NCBI RefSeq assembly: GCF_001194135.2
Contig: NC_068990.1
Span: 64,342,983 to 64,391,611, forward strand
From: Octopus bimaculoides
Taxonomy: Eukaryota
Reading direction: 5' to 3'
DNA: 48,629 nt
Part shown: positions 10,240 through 21,192 of the stretch, piece by piece
Layout of the letters: every line of letters starts with the position of its first letter
Numbering within the stretch: position 1 is the first letter of the stretch
Notes under the pieces: model-generated
Told to the model about the DNA's origin: nothing
The model's input: only the letters and a program-made list of their open reading frames with translations
Database searches by the model: none
Made by a program: the position numbers and the translations under genes

Positions 10240-13200
10240 GTGTGTGTGTATATGTTTGTGTGTCTGTGTTTGTCCCCCCCACCAATATTGCTTGACAACC
10301 GATGCTAGTGTGTATACGTTCCCATAACTTAGCAGTTCGGCAAAAGACACTGATAGAATAAGTCCTAGGCTTACAAAGAATAAGTCCTGGGGTCGATTTG
10401 CTCGACTAAAGGTGGTGCTCCAGCATGGCCACAGTCAAATGACTGAAACAAGTAAAAGAGTAAGGCGATTTTTTTTTCAATTTTTTTTCATTTCTTGAAC
10501 TTTGTCAGATATTTTAGCATATTTCATTCAATGTTGTAAAAAAAATGTTAAGCCTAGTGCTTTACTTGTCTACTGCGCAAATAAATAGTAATTCTAGAAC
10601 ATGACAAGGCAGCAGAGAAATATTCCATTTTAAATTCTTACCCATCTTCTGCATCATTAAAATTACAATGGAAAAGAATTCCTAATGAAAAAACTTTGGA
10701 GATACATGTTCCATTTCAATCCAACATTTCCTGCTAATCTTTATTCTCATCACTCACAGTTTGAATTTTGCATTTTTTTCTTTTTTGGTTTTGTTTTTAT
10801 TTTGTTTCTTTTCACTTCAATTAATTTAACTGCTTTGAAATACTAATTTTCATCCATCTTTACTGCAGTGAATTTTGGGTATTTTTTGATGTTCAATATC
10901 TTATAAAAAAAAAAGCATGAGAGAAAATGTAAAAAGAATATTTTTAATAGAATATTGTCTAGAGGTAAACTTCTAGTAAATAAGCAAATGAAAACATCTA
11001 AAATTCATATTTTTAAATAGGAAATAAAAATGAAAACAAAGAGAAAATGTTTGCTAAATAATTTGCATTAACTAACATAAATTTGCTCAAAAACATCAAG
11101 ACATCCATACATGTTTATATACACATTGCTGTTATAATGTGAAAATATATATATATATACATGGATTGCATCAAAACATTGAAAATGTGCCATGGAAATC
11201 TATAACTACTTTTTCAAGCCAATGAAGAAGCTATTATATGGTTATTTGACCAGCTAAAAATAGTGGGCAAATTACTATCAATTCACATAGCACTGTTTTA
11301 AACAAGGAAAGACATTAGATAATGTATTTCTATATACCAATAAAAAAGACTAGAGAGTCATGGATGGATTGCCTTTGATTAGATTTGCTGGAATAAGGTT
11401 GATCTGGAGCTAAACAACAACAATGTAACTATATAAAGGAATAATTATAAGAATTATGTGAGTGTGTTTATATATGTGTATGTGGGTGTGTGTGTACAAA
11501 CACATGCATATATATATGTATTTATATATATACATGTATGTGTGTGTGTATGTATACATGATTAAGGATAAAACCATATAGGTAAGAATTTATACTAATA
11601 TATAATTATATAAACATGATTATATTAAAGGGTGCAGATAAACCCCACCAACACGCTAGAAATAGATGCCAAATGGCTCTAAAAACCACATCTACACTCC
11701 ATCAGCACAGGTTGAAAGTGATCAGATGAATAAATAAGGTTTTTAAAAAAAGGGTTAATTATAGATCGATTTCTAGCTTAGCGATGTAAAACCGTCTGTT
11801 GTCATCAGTATAATACACTCAGTATATTTTTATTCCTGATCAAATTATATTCACTGCGATATTATTTTGATCATAAATGCTCGTGGTTGAGGGGAATAAA
11901 TTAGATTTAACTAGTATACATGTGGTTGTATGTATATATTCATGTTGTTCGTATGGGTATATATAAATATTTGCATTTAAATATTACAAGTATATTATAT
12001 CGATGACTGCAGAGGGTTTTACACCCCTAAGCTAGAAATTGATCTATAATTAATGCTTTTAAAAAATCTTATTTATTCATCTGCTCACTTTCAACCTGTG
12101 CAAACGGAGTGTAGATGTGGTATTTAGAGCCATTTGGCATCTATTTCTAGCTTGTTGGTGGGGTTTATCCACACCCTTTAATAAATCATGTTTATATAAT
12201 CATATATTAGAATATATTTATATATATATATAGAGTTATTAATATTTCTAAGTCTCTCTAAAGGAGACTACGACAGCGGTACTGGAAATTAATAGTTATT
12301 GCCAAGCTAACATAGCAGTCCCAAAATTAGGACGAAAGCTGCCGTGAATTAGCTCCAAGAAGCCATCGCCTCTAGCTAGCTATGTGACACACGAAACCTG
12401 TGTCCTTTANNNNNNNNNNNNNNNNNNNNNNNNNNNNNNNNNNNNNNNNNNNNNNNNNNNNNNNNNNNNNNNNNNNNNNNNNNNNNNNNNNNNNNNNNNN
12501 NNNNNNNNNNNNNNNNNNNNNNNNNNNNNNNNNNNNNNNNNNNNNNNNNNNNNNNNNNNNNNNNNNNNNNNNNNNNNNNNNNNNNNNTATTTATATATAC
12601 ACACACTCACAAATATATACACACCAGAAAATAACTCTTTTTCTACAAATGACACATTGAAAACTAGACTCACCATTCATAGGCAACAAATGTAAGATCC
12701 TAATACTAGAAGAGATTCCTCTGAGTAAACACTTAGACATATGTGCAATGAACACAACTCCCCTAATTCCAAGTCCTACCACTTTAGTTTTGTTCTGATA
12801 AAACTATAGAATAAGTATACAAAAAAAAAAGAAATATGTTTGTTAAAAGATATAAACCACAACTGAATAAACTGTAGCAATATATCAAATAGACACACAG
12901 CAGGTCCCTGTCTGAAATTTGAAACTGCAATGTGTTGTTTGGGAATCTTTGATGAAGTCTTTGATAAGAAAAATGAAGTGAAAAATAGAAATGGAACTTC
13001 CAAATTAACTACTCACATCATTGAAGGATTGACTAACAGCTTGCTTTGAACAAAACTGCTATTTGACCATTTTAACTCTTTAGTATTTAAACCAGCTGGA
13101 TTTGACAGCTAGTATTAAGAACCAAATATGAAGAATTGTCACATAAATAATCTGTGATAAACAACTCCAAAACATTTTGTCCAGATAAATATAGCATAGC

Positions 13201-13374
13201 CACTAGACACTACATATTTCAGTACTTTTGAAAAATCCCGAAAATTGTGAAACTGGTCAAGTGATTGTAAATTAATTTTCTTAAAGTGCATTTTCAACTT
13301 CTTTTCTTTCACACACACACCCAAACACACACACACCCAAGCACACATACACATACACACACACACACACACCA

Positions 13375-13405
<31 letters not shown>

Positions 13406-16157
13406 NNNNNNNNNNACAATAATGGTTAAGGATGAATACAACAATTAATGGAAAGAACAAAAAATAGACACGAATAAAATGATTTCCTCCAAAATCAGCC
13501 AGCTTTTAATCTGAAATCATTATGATTTTGATTTTGGCTCATGGAAGAAGTTGGTGTTTGTTCGTTTAAGTTACTAGGATAAAGACAGAACAAAACCAAA
13601 TTTTAAAACTGAAAACACTCAGGTCAGAGACATAAGACTAGAACAAGAGACACAAAGATATATGGATTATATACAAAGAGAGTGTCTTTTGGCTTCAGAC
13701 AGATAAACAGGGAGGCTGCTAGTGTAGAGAGTAATTAGAAATAGACTTTCATTTAAATAAAACATAAACAGTGAAAAATATTGTGTATGTGTAATCAGTG
13801 GAAAGTTGCTCCTTCATATATTGAGTCCAAACTCTGCTAGAGTCAACTTTGTCCTTTCATCTCTTAAATACAAAGGTTGTTATAATCAACTGTTCCTTCC
13901 CTTCAATGTGAGGTCTGATATTGATTATAAAAATCAATATATTTTGTCTATATTGTATAGTTCTTGCCTGATTTCTTAAACTCATCTCTTCATTTTCTTC
14001 ATGAATATTTATGCTAATTTGAAATTGTTTTGTGCAGCTGGTGCGTTTTAATTCTAGTTCATCTATTTTAATAATAGTGTACACACAGTAGAGCCAAAAA
14101 TGCTAGCTCAACCATTAAATTTGATGATGACTTAGCAATTGTAGAGGAAGATGCCAGACTAGCACAAGTTTTTTTTGTTTTTTTTTTCTTTTTACTTTTA
14201 TTTTGTTTATTTTTACACTGGTAAAGAACTTTTCACACATAAAAACTCACTTCACTTATTCTTAAAAAATATGTCCAGTGACAAAACAAAGTCAAGACAA
14301 TTGATCTTGTCTAAGAATGCCAGAGATGTTCAAAATGGCTGAAGGGATCCTTTGCAGTGCCATCTAACTTAATGTATAGCCTAGGCCATAAAATTTCATG
14401 CTAAATGTTTGTCTGACATCATAACTCTTAGTCCAGCATGATGGAGGTGTCACCTTTGTCACTTACTTCCATTGATCTGCTACTACCATTTTAAAAGTTG
14501 TGGAGATGAGACTACTTATTTCTTCCAGGCCTTTCTCAAATGAAACACATGTCACTTGCCATGCACACACAAATATATATATCCACGTGGTTATATACAA
14601 GCTGTTGGCTAACTTTTGATACCTCACAGTTCATCCATCATTTGACAGGTCTCATTTTTCATCCTATGTTACAATCCTTTCTACTAATGGCACAAGGCCT
14701 GAAATTATGGTCGATTACATCGACCATAGTGTTTCACATGTATTTAATTTATCAACCCCAAAAGGATGAAAGGCAAAGTTGGCCTGAAGGGAATTTGAAC
14801 TTAAAACATAAAGACAAACGAAATTCCACTCAGTATTTCACCCAGCATGCTAACAGTTCTGCCAGCTCACCACCTTTCACTGCCTTAATAAAAGTAGTAT
14901 ACTTTATTTATTTTTTTATTTTATTTATTAAAAAAATTTTTTTTTATCATTCCTTTATATCTGTCTCTGTATTGTCCCCCTTATCCTTCACCCTTGTGGC
15001 AAATACATAAAATCATTATTAATATAGGATGGAAGGCAGTGAGCTGGCAGAACCGTTAGCACACAGGGTGAAATGCTTAGCAGCTTTTCATCTGGCTTGA
15101 CATTCTGAGATCAAATTCTACCAAGATCAACTTTGCCTTTCATCCTTTCAGGGTTGATAAAATAAGTACCTGTTAAGCACTGAGGTTGATGTAATCAATT
15201 ATTTCCCTCCCCATAAATTTGCTGGTCTTATGCCAAAATTTGAAAATACTACTATTCTTATTACTATTCTTATTTGCATGCTTTGCAGCATTACTAAATA
15301 CATGGCTGTGTATCATGGGAATGTATCAGAGACTCCAGCAAAGAAGATCTGAAGAAGGAATTGTAATTCCGAAATATCATCGGACTATAGATAACCAAAT
15401 TACAACAAGTATATAGTCCATTTTTTGTTCTATAGTGCGTTGTTGTACCATTCTAAACTTTTTATTCTTTACAAACAATACACAATGCTTCAAGCGAACT
15501 ACAATACTCTCCTATTTTCCTAATGTATCAAAAGTACTCTAAAAATATGCGTGCCATACCTAACAGAACTATTTTCTAAGTGTTGTATATATGTGTTAAT
15601 CCTGGAGTTAAGGTTATGGCTTTCCTTCATCACTTTAATCATACTCATGACAATATTATTAGGACTGTCCCTGTTTTCAGTCCCCACATTTTGATAATCC
15701 CTATTTCTACATCCTTATATTTAGATATTTTTTCATTGCTTTTTGGTATACATTATCATTTGTTGGAATTGTTGTGGTCCTTCACAACAATGTCAAGTTG
15801 ATTAGCTTTACTCTCTCCATCTCTTGTGTCTTGTCATATTCCAGTTTATGATCACTTTGTCTTTTCCTAAAATCTTTTTTTGGTGCATGTCTATAGCACC
15901 TCTTTTTGTTGATATTTCATAATGCTGGCAGAATTTCCAATATATGAAAACACTCAACTTTGTTATGCCTATAAAGGCATTCTTTGTTACCTCAGACAGT
16001 AATAGCATCAGCCAGTTTTTCTTTCCAACATCTACGAACTGAATATACACAATATATTCTGTTTCTTTTGCTTGATTTTGATAATTCTAACTTTGATCCA
16101 GTAACACAATCAAGAATCTTTTGTCTCAACTTTGAATACTGCATTCTCAGCTAAAGT

Positions 16158-16238
<81 letters not shown>

Positions 16239-18402
16239 TTCCTCTCTCTCTCTCTCTCTCTTCCTCTCTCTCTCTTCCCCCTCTCTCTCTCTCACTGTTC
16301 AATATTTGTCAGTTATTGGCCTTATACGAGCAAATTTTTTATTTAGCTTATTATGGCATGCTATTTCTGCATTTGTAACTATTTCTATTGTTCCTTCTTT
16401 CTACTCAACTATTTGTCATTTCAGTCACTGAGCTGAATTTGTAAGCTGCCATGAACACAGAAAGCAGATATTTATTTTGTATGTGTTTTATACTTGTATT
16501 AGTTTTCCATTATTTTTTACATGATATTTTTTGAAGTCCAAAAGTGGATATTTCAGAACTGTTTTCTAGTTGCATAAGATACTTACCTCTCTATATTTGC
16601 ATTAAGCATAATCTTTGTATGTCAGATTTCAAGTGGTGTATTCTACTTAAAGGCATTATTTTTCTTGCTATACAATCTTGTCTTGCTAGTTCATTAAGCA
16701 TCCAGAAAAGGATAATTTATTTATGGATTATTACAGGGACATCTAGAGTAGTGATGATCATTACTTTATTTTTTGTTGCCTTTAGCTCAGTTATATATAT
16801 ATATATTAAAGTAATAAAGTTAATGTCTGGTCATAGTGTGACCAATGGTTTCACATCCATGAAAACCATAGCTTCATGGATGATTCATCAGATTCTAGTC
16901 TGAAGACGAATTTAACTCTTCACCTCTTGGAGGTGGACAGTTGTTACAGTCAATGGTCAAAAGGTCATCAGAGAATAAAAGGTCCAGTGATAGTGAGGGC
17001 AGGTTATCTACCCTAGACCAGCTATATGGCGATGGGGAATAAGGGATCTATCCTTTGGTCTGCTAATGGATAACATGGACTCTTCCAGGCTTAGTCAGCA
17101 AACAGGGAATTCCATGTTTGCAGCAAGTAGTGCTTGAAATGGATACATGGTGTAAAGATTTCTTGGCGAGTATTCTGTGATCCAGGTATCAGGGAGTCTT
17201 TAAGTATCCTACCTCACTCAGCTATACATAGCATGCAACATCTACTCCTGTTGATGTAGGGACCCAGCTGTTCTAAGATCTTCCACTTGATATCATATGA
17301 GGTCCCTTGATCTTTGAAGCACCACGCATAGCTGGCCATGGATGTGACGAATCATCTTTCTGAGACCCTGAAGGAGGACCTGTGGTTGTACAAGTGTCAT
17401 TTGAATGCCATACTGACTGATTCAATGTATTTTCAGGCTTGGATGTTGGCTGTGTTCACATTACTGGTGCATCTCCAGTTGGCTCTGGGCCTGGGGATGT
17501 TGTAGCCACCAGTGTTGTTGGCGCTACTGTCAGTGCTGTTATCATTCTGGGTGTTAGGGCCTGGCATGTAGGAGATGCGGTCCTTAAACTCACTGGATGC
17601 CAGTGCCTTATTGTAGTAGGGATGGTGCCAGCAAAAATATCTTGACTAGAGAATACATTTTAGATCCTCTTGCTGACACCGTTCACTATATACGAGGAGA
17701 TGCTAAAAGGCCTTACTGGAGGCCCAAACTTCCAAGTTCTTTTACAGGGCTTAGAAAAACTGAAGGACTGCTGCAATAAGTGTTAATCTTAGAGGAGAAT
17801 ACATTGAATAAACTCATGATTAACTGATCCTCCTGTATTTTCTTTTACTCAAAGCCAGGAACTTTCCAGCAACCCCTTCGGTATGTATGTGTGTTTATAT
17901 ATATATATAAGGATAATATGACACAAGGATGGAGAAACAGGTTTTAATAGTAGATCACAGCATTTGTTTCTGCACACCAGCTTTAAGCTGCTGTGTTTAT
18001 ATTAATGTACCCTTAAAGAAAATCATTCTTTATAATTATACAATCCTTGTATTAATCTCAAGCAAAGAGAAGTTCTGCATGTGTATCTGGGCCTGGATTA
18101 CACCCTGCTGCAGGATATGATGTGGTAGCCAGATAGCAGCATAAGAGTTCTGAAATGAATGTTACAAGTCTTCACTCAAATTATACTATGTATATTTGTA
18201 TGTGCTTATATATCATCATCATCATCATCATCATCGTTTAACGTCCGCTTCCCATGCTAGCATGGGTTGGACGATTTGACTGAGGACTGGTGCAACCGGA
18301 TGGCTACATCAGGCTCCAATCTAATTTGGCAGAGTTTCTACAGCTGGATGCCCTTCCTAACGCCAACCACTCAGAGAGTGTAGTGGGTGCTTTTACGTGT
18401 CA

Positions 18403-18433
<31 letters not shown>

Positions 18434-21161
18434 TTATACATACATGCATACATACATACATACATACATACATACATACATACATACATACAGGGGTTAG
18501 ACAAAATNNNNNNNNNNATTCTTAGTGTTGCTTAATATGTTTTGCTAAAATTGTTGTTTCTTTTCAGATATCATCAGAAAAAGGAAATTAAAATTCATTA
18601 AAATGACAGATCTATCGGACTTTCAAAGAGGTCAAATTGTTGGTGCTCGTATGGCAGTCGCTAGCGTAATGAAAACAGCCGAAATGTTTGGTGTATCAAG
18701 AAGTAGTGCTTCGAAAGTAAAGACAACTTTTGAGAAAGAGGGAAAAACCTCCTCATTGAAACAAAACTCCAGAAGAAAACCAAAACTCTCAGATAGGGAC
18801 TGTCAGACTCTTACACGAATTGTTAGGAAGGATCACAAAAGTACAGCTCCTAAAATTACTGCAAAATTTAATGACTACCTTGGGATCCCAGTTTCCACTA
18901 CTTTCAAAAACAAACTTTGCAAAGCATTTAGCGTGTAGTAAAAACCTACAGAATTGGTCCTTAGAGCAATGGAAGAATATTATTATCTTGGACATGTCAT
19001 CCTTTACCTTATTTCCAACCACTGGCTGAGTATACATGTGGAGACAGCCAAAAGAAGCATTTAACCTAGACTATCTTCTTCAACTGTTAAACATGGAGGA
19101 GGATCTGTGATGATCTGGGAGGCTATATCTTGGAAATCCGCCAGGCCAATAGTTTCCCTTTATGACAGAATTAATAGTCAAGACTATTTAAGCATTTTAT
19201 CTGATCAAATTCATCCTATGGTTACAGAACTGTTTCCAGAGGGAAATGCAATCTTTCAGGATGATAATGCACCAATTCACACAGCTAAAGTTGTTACTGA
19301 ATGGCACAAGGAACATTCTAATGAAGCTGAACATCTTATCTGGCCACCACAGTCCCCAGATCTCAATATTATTGAACGTTTATGGTGCACTTTAGAAAAA
19401 CAAGTAAGGAGCCGATATCCTCCACCATCATCACTACAAGAACTGGAGACTGTTTTAGCTGAAGAATGGAAAGAATTCCTTTGGAAACAATTCAAACTTT
19501 GTACAAGTCCACACTTTGTGGAATTCAAGCTGTAATTACTGCCAAAAGCGGTCCTACTCCATATTAAAATAAATTTGTTTGAGATTTTAAAGTGTTTCAA
19601 TTATTTTGTCCAACCCCTGTATACATATGCATGCGCACAAGCATATATACAATACACGTATGCATACAGATATGTATCATATCTACATACATGCAAGAAT
19701 ATAAGTATTTTACATGTGTATATACACATGCATGTGTATATATACCGGCACTGAGCTTAAGAAGTTTGCTTTGAAAACATGTGATCCTCAGTTCAACTGT
19801 GCTGTATGACATCTTGATCAGTATCTTTTTTCTATATTATTGGGTCACCTCAAGACTTGTGTATGAAATGGGGTTGGCAGGTTTCTTTATGCTTTAGAAC
19901 ATGATTTACTGTTACATTAATAGAAAAAGTGCGCATGCAATACAAGCAAAAAAAATATTCAGATAAAACAACATATATGAAAAGTGCAGGAAATCATTGT
20001 TGGGAATTCAACATTTAGGCTAATTTTTACCTATTAAATACATATTCCTAGTGCCATGGTGTGTCTTCTTCTTCAATTGTTCCAGGTTGAATATGTAGCT
20101 GTGAAAACAGCTATAAAGAGAGAGAATGCTGAAGGTGGTGAAAGTATAAAATGTCCTGGCAGCTCTGACGTCTATGACACTGTGAAATTGGTGGCAAATG
20201 TGACTGTATTTATAAGCTGTGTTCACAGAAAGTCTAGATGAGCCATCAAACTATCATGTGAACAACAGCCATTAATTAGATAAGTGGGTTTGCACACATG
20301 ATTGATTTGTGATTTCTATGTGGCAAAACGCAGGATCAAATCCAATTGCTACAAGTGAAATGAGCCGGTATTTCAAAGGGCCAACCTTATTATACACAGT
20401 GTTGCACTAAAACTTCATTAAGGTTACAAGTGTCAATGGCTACTCAACCACTTTAAATTAATTAGCAAGCAATTCACTTGGAATTCTCAGTCAAAATTAA
20501 CAGAAGATCCATTTTTTTTTCACATCCACAGACTTACACACACACACATATGTGTGTGCCTGCATATATGAGTGTGAATAAATATAATTATAACATTACT
20601 TATCAAAAGCATGCTTGCACACTTCAAGGATTTGTTCACCAAAGAAATAAAATGTACATGTAATGAGCTAATTTTTAAAGCCAATATATTCAGAAGGAAC
20701 AAACCATCAATTTTCTATCAAAATGTTCACTCAGATCTTTGAATAAACATATAATTATTTCTCTGAATTAGTCTTCTTTTTATATAGTTTCTGATAGAAT
20801 TTTAAATTCTAAATTATCATTTGCTGCCATTAACACTAACATTTCAAGAAAACTTCATTATTTTCACTGAAAGATACTACTAGTTCTTATTAATCCAACA
20901 GTGTCTTGTGTATTTTCAATTTTATTATATTGTTTAAAATATTCTTGCAAGAAAAATCAATATTCTATTCATGTGTTGAGAATTAAATGTATTGAGCAGA
21001 TTTACATGTAGTTTAATAAAGCAATTTTAATTGTAGCAAACACTTAGCCTTCATTAAACATGCATAGTAAGATGGATATATATACATACGTGTGTGTGTT
21101 TGTATGTATGCATGTGTGTGTGTGTGTATGCATGTGTGTGTGTGTGTATCTTATATCTTAC

Positions 21162-21192
<31 letters not shown>

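Noticed and set aside
14090-14170. [18 protein letters not shown] as an exon
   Set aside because: More like a tiny decayed RT FADD-motif fragment; too short to call.
17091-17420. Selenocysteine recoding of in-frame TGAs in the Penelope ORF (reported for some Naiad elements)
   Set aside because: The TGAs fall at Arg/Lys-like positions rather than Cys positions and are best explained by CGA>TGA decay. The ORF also has other lesions.
20086-20241. + strand exon-like [21 protein letters not shown]... after a good acceptor
   Set aside because: It has no strong donor and no partner exons were found. Its pyrimidine tract is the antisense of AAG codons in the - strand exon at 20110-20031. Not fully excluded without RNA data.
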